Source: an uncultured delta proteobacterium
Lineage (GTDB): Bacteria > Desulfobacterota > Desulfobacteria > Desulfobacterales > UBA2156
DNA: 64,000 bases
Assembly (NCBI GenBank): GCA_963736855.1
Contig: CAVTQK010000023.1
Coordinates: forward strand, 1-64,000
Direction of reading: 5' to 3'
Translations under genes and position numbers: made by a program
Notes under the pieces: generated by a model
What the model saw: the letters and a program-made list of their open reading frames with translations, nothing else
What the model was told of the DNA's origin: nothing
Databases searched by the model: none
Part shown: one piece after another, positions 41,037 through 51,204 of the stretch
Layout: each line of letters begins with the position of its first letter
Numbering within the stretch: the first letter of the stretch is position 1

Positions 41037-41747
41037 ATGAATGAGCACGCGCCTGTCTTTGCCAATCCGTTAATTGGTCTCGGTTACGAGGATGCGACCC
41101 TCCTTACACCGGGGGCATTCAGCGCTGTTTGCGCACGTCCAGGGGTCGGAAAAACCGCATTCCTGGTTCAAATGGCTCTATGGGCTATATCCCATGATAA
41201 AAATGTTCTCCATGTAAGCCTGGGTGACCCCATTAAAAAGGTCGACCTGTGGTATCATGATCTTTTTGCCAACCTCGCTCGTCGCTCTGCAATTCAGGAT
41301 GCCTCTGCAGCCTGGATGACCTTTTTCCCGCGTCGCTTCATCATGACCTTCAAAGTAGAAGGATTCAGCGTTCCGAAACTCGAAGAGCGGATGGCGGACC
41401 TTGTGGAACAAAAGATCTTTATCCCGCATGTTATTCTCATCGATGGTCTCGAATCCGATACCTATCTGAGCAAGATTATCGAAGACTTAAAAAACTTGGC
41501 CCGAAAGTTTTCGATTCCTGTTTGGATTTCGGTTAAGACTCAGCAATATCCTCAAGCTGAGGATGCAAGCCGGGTACCCGCTCCTCTGCATGAAATGGCC
41601 GGCGTTTTTGAATCCATCGTCTCCATCGAAGGATCAATAGAACAGATCCATGTCAGAAGCGTCAAGGGTGGATCCGGAAAGGCGAGCCGCCCTTCCCTGC
41701 GCCTGGACCCCTCCACCCTCCTATTGGCAATAGACGATCCACACTGA
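41037..41747 (+). CDS. RecA/KaiC/DnaB-like P-loop ATPase
   Basis: 'ARPGVGKT' Walker A, 'ILIDG' Walker B. Confidence 0.75.
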   Translation: MNEHAPVFANPLIGLGYEDATLLTPGAFSAVCARPGVGKTAFLVQMALWAISHDKNVLHVSLGDPIKKVDLWYHDLFANLARRSAIQDASAAWMTFFPRRFIMTFKVEGFSVPKLEERMADLVEQKIFIPHVILIDGLESDTYLSKIIEDLKNLARKFSIPVWISVKTQQYPQAEDASRVPAPLHEMAGVFESIVSIEGSIEQIHVRSVKGGSGKASRPSLRLDPSTLLLAIDDPH

Positions 41748-41917
41748 GAATCATCCCGACCGAAACCCCACGCCCCTGTTGACTTGAACCGAAAAATCGG
41801 ATAGATAGATCCGAGCCGGTCACCGTCTAACCGGACAACCGGATGCGGAGGCTTTACCCAGGTGAATCGTCGTTTGATCTATTCCGCAGGTTCCGGATGC
41901 CGTCTTCTGAGAGGAAA

Positions 41918-42436
41918 ATGAGGGTCCAAGGGATGCAGTGTGTACTTTTAAACGCGGATTACACCTTCTTGAACATGGTCCACTGGAAACGGGCCATGTG
42001 CCTCATCGCCAAGGGGAAGGTCCATGTGCTCCGGGAATCGGAAAAGACAATCCGGGGAGTCGAGGGGTTGGCGATACAGATCCCGGCGGTGATGCGCCTG
42101 ATCAAGCTCATCCGCACTCTTTACAAAAATCGGGTCCCCTTCAGCAAGAAAAACGTCCTGATCCGAGACGGGTTCCGATGTGCTTACTGCGGCGCGGAAA
42201 AGGTGAAGCTGACCATCGACCACATCATTCCGAGATCCAGAGGCGGCACAACGTGCTTTGAAAACTGCGTGACTTCCTGTAAACCTTGCAACACCCGAAA
42301 GGCATCAAGCATCCCCAGCGAAGTCTACATGTTCCTGAAGGTCAAGGCGTACCAGCCCACTATCGCTGAATTTTTGCTCATCAAAATCCGGAATCTCGGG
42401 CTCTACGATACTCTGAAAGAATTGGGAATCTACTGA
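41918..42436 (+). CDS. HNH endonuclease (McrA-like)
   Basis: 'VLLNADY', 'RDGFRCAYCG', 'TIDHIIPRSRGG', 'CKPCN..K'. Confidence 0.9.
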   Translation: MRVQGMQCVLLNADYTFLNMVHWKRAMCLIAKGKVHVLRESEKTIRGVEGLAIQIPAVMRLIKLIRTLYKNRVPFSKKNVLIRDGFRCAYCGAEKVKLTIDHIIPRSRGGTTCFENCVTSCKPCNTRKASSIPSEVYMFLKVKAYQPTIAEFLLIKIRNLGLYDTLKELGIY

Positions 42437-42440
42437 AAGC

Positions 42441-42846
42441 CTACCGCTTTTCACTTCTTATTTCTTTCAGCGTTTCATAGGCCGCCTGGATTTCCTTGAA
42501 TCGCTTTTCGGCCATTGTCTTGAACTCTTCTCCCAGGTGATTCACCTTGTCGGGATGGTATTTGTTTGCCAGCTCCCGGTAGGCCTTTTTAACCTCATCC
42601 AAAGATGCGTCCGGTCTTACCCCCAATATCGAGTAAGGGTCATCGGCCCGGCTTTCGGGTTCTGCGCGGGCCTCCTCTTTTCTCTCGTATGAATCCGTCC
42701 CTATTCCGCTGCTTGTAAAGATAACACCATAAAAGCCCCAGGATGGCAATATCATCCAGCCATCCCCATCCGGCAATAAGATCCGGAAGCACGTCATAGG
42801 GAGAGAGGGCATACAAAACAGCCATGAGTATCAGGATGGTCTTCAT
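42441..42846 (-). pseudogene. DUF1232/YkvA plus DnaJ-domain protein split by a frameshift near 42700
   Basis: '[12 protein letters not shown]...GWLDD' in one frame and 'DPYSILGV...YHPDK' in another. Confidence 0.75.
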
Positions 42847-42962
42847 GCCTCATTCCATGGCAGCCGTCGCATCGAAGAGTCGCTTCTTTTGGAAGTCCTT
42901 GTGTGCCATTTGCGCCCCATGCTATGAAGCATAACCCCTTTTTCAATCAAAAGGCCACCGAA

Positions 42963-44270
42963 ATGGAACAAAACCCAAAGAAAAAATCGACGCTGTCGAT
43001 ACAAGAGCGCTCCTGGATTCTATATGATGTGGCCAATTCATCTTTCATTCTGATCCTCGTCACCACAGTGATGCCCATTTTTTTCAAGGACGTGGCATCC
43101 AAAGGGGTCCCCTCCTCCATTTCCACTTCATATTGGGGTTTTGCTGTTTCTCTTTCCTCACTGATCCTGGCCGTCACGGCACCGATCCTTGGCGCGCTGG
43201 CCGATTACCGACAGATGAAAAAGCGGTTCTTTACCGGATTTCTTCTTTTTGGAATCGGTCTGACCCTCTTATTGATGATCATCGACGAAGGGGACTGGTT
43301 CAAGTGTTTGTTCCTCTTCGTCGTAACTAAAATCGCCTATTCGGGCACCCTTCTTTTTTACGACGCCTTTCTGGTGGACGTGACGACTAAAGATCGTATG
43401 GACCGGATTTCTTCCGCCGGTTTTGCCTGGGGATACATCGGCGGAACGGTTCCCTTTTTAGCGGTGATCGGCATTATTTTCATGACGATTCCCACCGAGG
43501 GCCAGTCCACAATTTCCACTGTTTCCGTAAAGGCCGCTTTTTTGATCGTGGCGCTGTGGTGGGGATTTTTTTCGATCCCCATGTTGAGACATGTCCGCCA
43601 GGTCCATTATCTCCCCTCTTCGGATGCCCCTTTCCGTGAAAGCTTTTTACGCCTTTTCACTACCTTGAGGGAAATTCGCAAGCACAAAAATGCTTTCTTG
43701 TTTCTTGGAGCGTACTTCTTTTACATCGACGGAGTGGATACCATCATCACCATGGCCACCGCCTATGGCCGCGATATCGGGTTGAGTGTCAGCGTGCTGA
43801 TTCTAGCGGTTCTGATGATTCAGATCGTGGCTTTCCCCTTTACGCTTCTCTATGGGCACCTTGCGGGCCGGTTTTCCACAAAACACCTTCTGTTTGCCGG
43901 GATTTTCATTTATATGGTCATCACGCTGCTGAGTTTTTTTCTTCCTATACTTCCCACAGCAAATCAGCGCATCGCCATGTTCTGGGTCCTGGCATTTTTG
44001 GTTGCAAGCTCTCAGGGTGGCATTCAGGCATTGAGCCGGTCTTATTTCGGAAAGCTGATCCCGTCAGCCCGATCCGCCGAATTTTTTGGTTTTTACAACG
44101 TCTTCGGCAAGTTCGCAACCATCATGGGCCCCTCTCTTATGGGACTGGTCAGCCGTCTGACGGGGCATTCCAGATACGGCGCATTGAGCATTCTCATTCT
44201 CTTTGCTTTCGGGGGATTGATTTTAACAAAGGTGAAACCGGCTGATCCGCAGGCAGCGTCACCAGGGTAA
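42963..44270 (+). CDS. MFS transporter (ATG22/UMF1-like)
   Basis: 'WILYDVANS', 'GYIGG', 'AEFFGFY'; about 12 TM segments. Confidence 0.9.
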   Translation: MEQNPKKKSTLSIQERSWILYDVANSSFILILVTTVMPIFFKDVASKGVPSSISTSYWGFAVSLSSLILAVTAPILGALADYRQMKKRFFTGFLLFGIGLTLLLMIIDEGDWFKCLFLFVVTKIAYSGTLLFYDAFLVDVTTKDRMDRISSAGFAWGYIGGTVPFLAVIGIIFMTIPTEGQSTISTVSVKAAFLIVALWWGFFSIPMLRHVRQVHYLPSSDAPFRESFLRLFTTLREIRKHKNAFLFLGAYFFYIDGVDTIITMATAYGRDIGLSVSVLILAVLMIQIVAFPFTLLYGHLAGRFSTKHLLFAGIFIYMVITLLSFFLPILPTANQRIAMFWVLAFLVASSQGGIQALSRSYFGKLIPSARSAEFFGFYNVFGKFATIMGPSLMGLVSRLTGHSRYGALSILILFAFGGLILTKVKPADPQAASPG

Positions 44271-44481
44271 TAAATTTCTTTCGAAAAGACTCGATACTGA
44301 AATGAGGTTTATCCCGTGGATGCTTCCTTTTGGAAGAAACCGGTCGAAGTTGAATCAGCCTGCCTACACGTTTTACATAGACAGATGAGCTATGCTTAAA
44401 TAGGCCGGAATTTCATCAACATGCCGATAAAATTACGTTGACAGCGCTTTCTCCTTCGAATAATTGAAAGTTGATCAATTT

Positions 44482-44673
44482 TGATGAAATCGTAAAAAGG
44501 CTGATTTTTCTCGCGCCGCAAGTCTTTTCGGAAGATCCAAAGGGTTTCGCTAAATCTCAAGAACTCGGCACAAGTGCCTCAAACAGCTTGAGATTTTTAA
44601 CACTCATCCCTTTGCCTCTTTTTTTCCGAAAAGACTTGAATGGCGCTCACAAAACCTTTTTACGAAGCCATCA
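44482..44673 (-). mobile_element. MITE-like element type B (tandem member)
   Basis: Reverse complement of the 38485 copy; ATTT at both junctions. Confidence 0.85.
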
Positions 44674-44677
44674 ATTT

Positions 44678-44832
44678 TGATGAAATCGTAAAAACTCAAA
44701 ATTGGGATGGCAAAGTAAAAAGCTTCAGATACAAGGCGCGCAAATCCTGAGGAATGAGGCGTACATATGAGTACGCCGCAATGACGAAGGATGCAGTGCA
44801 ACGCAGCAGATGGACTTTTTACGAAGCCATCA
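44678..44832 (-). mobile_element. MITE-like element type A' (tandem member)
   Basis: Reverse complement of the 33419 copy; ATTT at both junctions. Confidence 0.85.
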
Positions 44833-45067
44833 ATTTTGTCAACTGCAGGTTCCCCTATTTTAGGGTGTAGATGATGGAAAAACATAATTCATACCCGCAG
44901 TTAATCCGTCCACAAAAAATGCGAGTTAATATCCGTTAGGACCGGAATAGGCTTTTTCAGTTTAGCAGACACGTTGAGTGATGCCTTGAAGTGAGATCAG
45001 GGCGTGGATTGTAACCTTGCGACAACTTCCGGAGAGCGAGAATGGCGAAGTGGACAATCCCAAGGTC

Positions 45068-46012
45068 ATGAGACCGGGTCTCCAAGAAGGGCCGGAAAGC
45101 CTTTATGCCGAAGCCTTCGGACTCAAGGATGCCCCGTTCAGACTCACCCCTGATCCGAATTACCTCTATCTCTCCGACTCCCATCTGAGCACGTATGAAA
45201 AACTGATTTACGGGATCAAGGCAGGAGCCGGTTTCATCCTCGTGACCGGGGAGGTGGGTTCGGGAAAAACCACTGTGTGCCGATATCTGCTTCGGGAGAT
45301 AGAAGGAGGGACGGATGTGGCCTATGTCATCAATCCCGGTCTTTCTTTCCCGGAACTCATGGGGACGATACTGGACGATTTGGGAATCTCCTGCGCGGAT
45401 CACCTGAGCAAAAAAGAACTCTTGAGTATCTTCAGCCGGTATCTTTTTGAAAAGACGGAAAATATAAAAACGGTGGTGCTCATCGACGATGCCCAGGTCT
45501 TACCCGTTGAGACCCTTGAGGATCTCCGGCTCCTCTCCAACCTTGAGACGGATAAGGAGAAGCTGGTACAGATCGTCCTTGTGGGACAACCGGAATTGCT
45601 TGAAACCCTCAAACTTCCCGGATTGAGGCAACTGAGGCAGCGGATCGCCATCTGGTGCGAACTCATCCCTTTGAAGCAGGAGGAACTCTCCGAGTATATA
45701 TATCTCAGGCTTCAAAGGGCTGGAAATCAAGGACAGGTGAGATTCAGCCCTTCTGCCGTCAAAGAGGTTGCAAAGATTACCGGAGGCCTTCCTCGTTTGA
45801 CCAATCTGGTCTGCGACGCGGCGCTCTTGGCCGCTTATGTGGACGGTCAGAGAATCGTTAAAGTCGCCCATGTCAGGAGGGCACGGGAGGAGGCACGCCT
45901 GGATCGTTATGGAATCGGTTCGTTTTTCCGCGCAAAGCCTTGGGCTCTGGCAGGAGTCGGCCTGATAATTGTTTTACTGATCGGATGGGCATATTTTACT
46001 CCGCTTTGGTAA
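45068..46012 (+). CDS. ExeA/MshM-like AAA ATPase; start uncertain
   Basis: 'PFRLTPDP', GEVGSGKTT, 'LRLLSNLET', 'LVGQPEL', 'LRQRI'. Confidence 0.9.
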   Translation: MRPGLQEGPESLYAEAFGLKDAPFRLTPDPNYLYLSDSHLSTYEKLIYGIKAGAGFILVTGEVGSGKTTVCRYLLREIEGGTDVAYVINPGLSFPELMGTILDDLGISCADHLSKKELLSIFSRYLFEKTENIKTVVLIDDAQVLPVETLEDLRLLSNLETDKEKLVQIVLVGQPELLETLKLPGLRQLRQRIAIWCELIPLKQEELSEYIYLRLQRAGNQGQVRFSPSAVKEVAKITGGLPRLTNLVCDAALLAAYVDGQRIVKVAHVRRAREEARLDRYGIGSFFRAKPWALAGVGLIIVLLIGWAYFTPLW

Positions 46013-46056
46013 AGCCCGTCGGTAATCAGGGATTGAATTTCTAAAGGGGAAGACTA

Positions 46057-47337
46057 GTGAGCATCCTGCACGAGGCCCTGCAAAAAAGAAAACAGAAAGA
46101 GGCGGCCAAAGCGCCGCTAAGCCCTTTGCCTGACTCGCGGAGGGCGCAAAGACGGCGTTGGATCTTCATCTCGGCAGCGGGTGCCGCAGCGACTTCGATC
46201 CTGGCCTTGTTCTTCTTCTACGGTGTGTGGAAGGAGTCTAGGGCGCCAAAGTTGACCGTGGATCTCTCCACCCCTTTGCCTCAAGTTACCCCGCTTCAGG
46301 AACCTAAGGAGGCTCCGGCGGGAAACCGGGAGGCTCTCTCTGGGAACGATCACCCTATCGAAGAAAAAAGGGAAGCATCAGCAAAGGATGGTTCTCAAAA
46401 TTCTGAAAACGGTCCCCCTGCTTCCGGGACCGCTTTTTCCCCGCAAAAAACGCCCCCTCCCATCGAATCCAAGCCCCCGGTGAGGGAAAAACCCGAGCCA
46501 ACACATAGTACCAAACCCCGGACCGACTCCACGACCTCGAAGATTCCCAAAGAAACAACGGGCCGGAGTCCGACCGGGGCTATGGCACAATCATCGCGCG
46601 GACCGGGTGCAGGATCTGAGCAAGGACCGGCACTTCCGGATTCTTCTGCGACGCCATCGGCCGGTGAAATCCCTGAAAAGAGGGTCAGTAAAGCCCCGAA
46701 TCTAGACAAGACCCCGGCCGTCGAAGCCTTCCTGGAGGTCGCTAATCGTTACCTGAAGGAGAACAGGCCCGACATGGCGCTTTCCATCTATGACCAGATC
46801 GCAAGATCAGACACGGAAAATATTGACGCAGCCCTCGGGCAGGCGATAGCCTCCGGAATGAGTGGAAACTGGGCCCTGTGCAAAAATAGACTCGAGGCGC
46901 TCAGCCGGAAATATCCGGAAAACCCGAATGTGTGGCTCAATCTTGGCATGGCCTTCCTCCGGCTCAGCCAAACAGATGATGCCCTTGGCGCCCTCGAGAG
47001 GGCGGAGCGTAACGGTGCGGATCGATTCTGGGTCCTGTTTTATAGGGCCGGTGCCCTTAGGATTAAAGGAGACCTGGAAGGCGCCCTCTCCGCCTATCAA
47101 CTGGCTCATGAGATGCAGCCGGATCACCTGGAGCTCAAGTGGAACATGGCCCTCGCTCTTGACAGGGCAGGCCGTTACCGGGAAGCGGCTTCCCAATATC
47201 AGGCCCTTTTAAGCAAAAGCGAGCTTTCTCAGACGGATCGGATGGCATTAAGGCAAAGGCTGGAGCAATTGGAAAGCAGTACCTTTTTCCAGTCCGGTGA
47301 AAAGAAAGGCTTGCCGGAGGAGTCCAAGGAACGATGA
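46057..47337 (+). CDS. MshN-like TM + Pro-rich linker + TPR protein
   Basis: 'MSILHEAL' start, one TM segment, TPRs; sits between the ExeA-like and GspE-like genes. Confidence 0.7.
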   Translation: MSILHEALQKRKQKEAAKAPLSPLPDSRRAQRRRWIFISAAGAAATSILALFFFYGVWKESRAPKLTVDLSTPLPQVTPLQEPKEAPAGNREALSGNDHPIEEKREASAKDGSQNSENGPPASGTAFSPQKTPPPIESKPPVREKPEPTHSTKPRTDSTTSKIPKETTGRSPTGAMAQSSRGPGAGSEQGPALPDSSATPSAGEIPEKRVSKAPNLDKTPAVEAFLEVANRYLKENRPDMALSIYDQIARSDTENIDAALGQAIASGMSGNWALCKNRLEALSRKYPENPNVWLNLGMAFLRLSQTDDALGALERAERNGADRFWVLFYRAGALRIKGDLEGALSAYQLAHEMQPDHLELKWNMALALDRAGRYREAASQYQALLSKSELSQTDRMALRQRLEQLESSTFFQSGEKKGLPEESKER

Positions 47338-48987
47338 GGAAGAAACTCGGCGAAATATTGGTGGAGCTCGGCTATATCGGCTGGGATCAGATCCGGAAAG
47401 CCCTGGATGAAGGGAAGGGGACCGGGGAACTCATTGGGGATGTCCTGATCCGGCTGGGCTGGATCGGAGAAGAACAGCTCAACATCGCCCTGGCGGTGCA
47501 GTCCGGAGCACAACTTGTGGATGCCCGTTTTGTCAATGCCGCTCCGGAGGTTCTATCCCTGATTTCAGCAGAACTGGCCCGTCAGCACCTGCTCCTTCCC
47601 TATGCCCGCGAAGGGGATATTCTCAAGGTTGCCATGGCCAATCCCTACGATGTTATCGCCCGCGACAGGTTGCAGCAGAGTACGGGATTACAAATCCAGC
47701 CCCATATTGCCTCCCGGGAATGGCTGATCAAGGCCATCGACTTTTTCTACAAGACGGCTGCCACACTCGACCAGGAGGTTGCAGAGCTGATTTCCAAGGC
47801 CCGTGACCGGGGCACCTTGGGTGAAGAGGATGAAACCACCAACAGCAGGCTGGTAGAGCTCTTTATCGCAAAAGGGGTGATCACCGGGGCCAGCGATGTG
47901 CATTTCGAGCCGGATGAAAAGATCCTGAGAGTCTACTATCGTATCGACGGCGCCATGCACCAGGAGTACCTGATGCCTCGGTACCTCCACGGGGGCATCA
48001 TCACCCGGATCAAGGTGCTGAGCGACATTCCCATCGGCGATCCCAACGTCCCCCACGACGGCCGCATGATTTTCCACACGGGAATCCAGCGGGTCGCCAT
48101 CCGCGTTTCCACGTTCCCCACCCAGTACGGGGAGGCAGGGGTATTGAGGCTGCTCCAGCGTGCAGAGGGGGTCGGGGAAATGGAAGCACTCGGTCTTACC
48201 GGTCAAGCCAAGGAACGCTTCAGGAAAGCCATCCATCGACCCTACGGCCTCATCCTCACCACAGGGCCCACCGGCTCCGGCAAGACCACCACCCTGTATA
48301 CGGTCCTGATGGAGATCAATACCCCCACCAATAATGTCATCACTATCGAGGATCCCATAGAATACGTGATTCCCACGGTCCGACAGGCTCCTGTGAATCC
48401 CAAGGCAGGGTTTACCTTCGCCACCGCTCTCCGAAGCGCCCTGCGTCAGGATCCCGATGTCATCATGGTGGGCGAAATCCGCGATCAGGAAACGGCATCC
48501 CTTGCACTCAGGGCCGCCATCACAGGGCACCTGGTTCTTTCCACCCTCCATACCAACGACGCTCCCAGCCGCCATTCACCGGCTGCTTGACCTGGGAATT
48601 GCCCCGACCATACTGGCCTCCGGGCTGGTGCTCATCATGGCCCAGCGGCTGGTGCGACGCCTCTGCCCCAACTGCAAGGAGGAGAAGGCCCCCGGGGAGA
48701 TGGCAAAGCAGGTGCTCCGGTTGCACGGATTCGACGAGAAGGCCGCGTTTATGGGCCCAAAGGGGTGTTCCGAGTGCCGCTGGAGCGGTTACAAGGGTCG
48801 AACCGGAATCTATGAGGTGCTGGAAATGTCGCCGGAGATCGAGGAAATGATCGTCGATCTTGCCCCGAGATCCCGAATCCTCGCCAAGGCCCTGGAGCAG
48901 GGGATGCGGCCGCTGCTCCTTGACGGACTGGAAAAAGCCTCCAAAGGCATCACCTCCCTGGAAGAGGTGCTCAGGGTGGCGGTGTAA
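47334..48987 (+). pseudogene. GspE/MshE/PilB-type ATPase with a one-base frameshift near 48564-48570
   Basis: MshEN-like 'KLGEILVELG', Walker A, 'STLHTNDAP' continuing as 'AIHRLLDLG..RRLCPNC' in the next frame. Confidence 0.85.
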
Positions 48988-48988
48988 T

Positions 48989-50197
48989 ATGCCCGGATAC
49001 CGGTATCTCGCCCTGGACGCAGACGGTAAAAAACACCGGGGTGCCGTCACGGCACCCGACGAGAACCGGGCGGAGTTTTACCTGGGCCGATCCGGCCTCA
49101 CGGTTGTTCGGCTGCGTGAAGAAACGACCAGGCGTTTGGCCTTCAAGATTTCCCGGAAAGTCTCCCTGACGGATCTGGCAGGCCTTTATGACCGGCTCTC
49201 GGATACCCTTCAGGTGGGCCTTCCCCTCATTGCCAGCCTGGCGGAGAATGCAAAGCTCGTCAAGAACACCGCCCTTTCCCGGACGATCAACCATGTGAAA
49301 ACCCTTATCGAAGAGGGGAAGCTTTTCTCCGAGGCCATGGGACAACACCCGCGCATCTTCGACCGGTTTCAGGTCGCCGTCATCCACATGGGGGAAATTT
49401 CCGGAACGCTTCCCGGCGCGCTTCGCCAGCTTTCAGACCTTCTCACCTGGCGGGTGGAGCAGCGTTCTCAGCTCAAGCGGGGTCTCATCTATCCCATCTT
49501 CATCATGGGGGCCCTCACCATCGTAACGGCGGTATGGGTGGGATATGTACTTCCCAAGATGGCCAGTTTTTTAAAGAGTATGGACATTACGCTTCCCACC
49601 GTTACCCGAATCGTCATTCGGCTGTCGGACGTTTTCGCCGCCTATTGGCCCCTGTTCGCCGCCTTCCCGGTGGTGTCGGCACTTTTTATCGCCGCATGGG
49701 CGAAAACGGCCCGGGGCCGTTTTACCCTGGACCGGCTCATGCTGCGGCTGCCGTATATGGGTAAGATTCTGCGCAACGCCGTCGTCTCCAGGCTCAGCCT
49801 CAACTTCTCCATGATGTTCGAAGCCGGAATCACCATCGGGAGCATTTTCGAGATCCTGTCCGGCGGGGCGCTGGGAAACCGATTTATCGAACAAGACCTT
49901 AAGTTTGTTCACCAGAGGGTGCTCTCGGGGCAGAGTCTGTATGAGTCCTTCAGCGGAAGTCGGGAATACCCGGATCTCTTTTTGGGCGGCATTCGTTCGG
50001 GGGAGATGGCGGGAAAGCTGGGAGAGACATTCCGAAAGACCGGGGTTTACTACGATAAAGAAGTGAATCGATCCATCAAGGCCTTTGCGGCGGCCCTGGA
50101 ACCTGCCGCCATCGTTATCATGGGCGGGGTATTCGGCATCATTATCCTTGCCATATTGCTCCCCATCTATGATATTATTTCCAAAATCAAGGGGTAG
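48989..50197 (+). CDS. GspF/PilC/MshG inner-membrane platform protein
   Basis: 'YRYLALDADGK', 'GEISGTL', 'IYP', 'LEPAAI...LLPIY'. Confidence 0.92.
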   Translation: MPGYRYLALDADGKKHRGAVTAPDENRAEFYLGRSGLTVVRLREETTRRLAFKISRKVSLTDLAGLYDRLSDTLQVGLPLIASLAENAKLVKNTALSRTINHVKTLIEEGKLFSEAMGQHPRIFDRFQVAVIHMGEISGTLPGALRQLSDLLTWRVEQRSQLKRGLIYPIFIMGALTIVTAVWVGYVLPKMASFLKSMDITLPTVTRIVIRLSDVFAAYWPLFAAFPVVSALFIAAWAKTARGRFTLDRLMLRLPYMGKILRNAVVSRLSLNFSMMFEAGITIGSIFEILSGGALGNRFIEQDLKFVHQRVLSGQSLYESFSGSREYPDLFLGGIRSGEMAGKLGETFRKTGVYYDKEVNRSIKAFAAALEPAAIVIMGGVFGIIILAILLPIYDIISKIKG

Positions 50198-50220
50198 TTG
50201 TGTGATCCTCCCCCCGAACT

Positions 50221-51180
50221 CTAATCGGCTTGATAGACGAGACTCCCGGTACCCCCTCCGAAGATGGACTGGTCCAGGGTGTTCCCGGTTGCGGAATCGA
50301 CCACCTGGATCCATGATCCCTTTTCCACCATCAGAAGCGGCGTGGAGGCTCCATCAGGGGCATTGGAGATGTTCAACCAGCTTGTTCCGCTAAAGCTCTG
50401 ATTCACATTGAGGGGTTGTACGAACGGGGTTCCGGACTGATTGGTGACCACCAGGGTGCCGCACCCGGATTGGGCCAGGCGAAAAGGACTCGCATACTCC
50501 AGCAGATCGTCGAAATTGTCAGCAGGGGGTCTGCGCTCATAGACACCATTGGTGTCGGCATTCTCCCCGTCCCGCTGGTCGCCGGCGCCGTCACGATTTT
50601 CCGCGCCGCCGCTCAGGATAATGAACGGGACATTCACATTCTGGCCGTTGTCCTGAACCACCAGGATGCCCGAGGGCAGTGCGGCCAGTGTTTCGCAGCG
50701 TTGGGATCGCAGAGCGTCTGTGACTGAAGTATGTTCCGTAAACCGGGTGAGGGCGGCGTAATAGACGGGTCTCGCGGTCCCGTCGTTGGGGGGAACTCCC
50801 AGGACCGCAAAGGGCAAGGTGCCGTAAAGCACATTCCCCGCGCCTGACGAACAGTCGGGCTGTCCGTCACCATTGGTGTCCGGGCAGGGAAGGGCCTGGT
50901 GGGTATCCCAAAAGGAAAGAAGTGCATTCCGGTCTTCATCGAGTCGGGTACTGATCTGGTTTCGGATGCGGTCCTGGAAGTAGCTTCTGGCCAGGGGAAC
51001 GATGGCTCCCGCCATAAGGCCCACGATGGCAAGAACCACCGCCAGTTCGATAAGGGTCATCCCCGAGGAATCCCCAAGGGATCCTCCCCCTTTCTTATCG
51101 GGGCGGGAGTTTTGCCATGCATGGAAGAGGGGCTTCTCCGGACGGAAAATCCGGAGAAGCCCTGATCCCGTCAGTTTCAT
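50221..51180 (-). CDS. Minor prepilin-like protein
   Basis: G|MTLIELAVVLAIVG; 'LPCPD.NGDG' motif. Confidence 0.85.
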   Translation of the reverse strand: MKLTGSGLLRIFRPEKPLFHAWQNSRPDKKGGGSLGDSSGMTLIELAVVLAIVGLMAGAIVPLARSYFQDRIRNQISTRLDEDRNALLSFWDTHQALPCPDTNGDGQPDCSSGAGNVLYGTLPFAVLGVPPNDGTARPVYYAALTRFTEHTSVTDALRSQRCETLAALPSGILVVQDNGQNVNVPFIILSGGAENRDGAGDQRDGENADTNGVYERRPPADNFDDLLEYASPFRLAQSGCGTLVVTNQSGTPFVQPLNVNQSFSGTSWLNISNAPDGASTPLLMVEKGSWIQVVDSATGNTLDQSIFGGGTGSLVYQAD

Positions 51181-51204
51181 AAGGTTGCCGGCTTCTTGGA
51201 GCGA

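Noticed and set aside
41810..42436. HNH gene with a hairpin-rich leader as an IscB/HEARO-type RNA-guided system
   Set aside because: The protein is a short McrA-like HNH with no PLMP or RuvC motifs, and the leader is only about 100 bp with a modest stem.
42690..42710. Programmed frameshift in the DUF1232-DnaJ gene
   Set aside because: No recognisable slippery heptamer; an indel or sequencing error is the simpler explanation.
44482..44832. Tandem repeats as a CRISPR array or integron attC sites
   Set aside because: Units are 155-192 bp with recurring cores rather than unique spacers; no cas or intI genes and no cassette ORFs.
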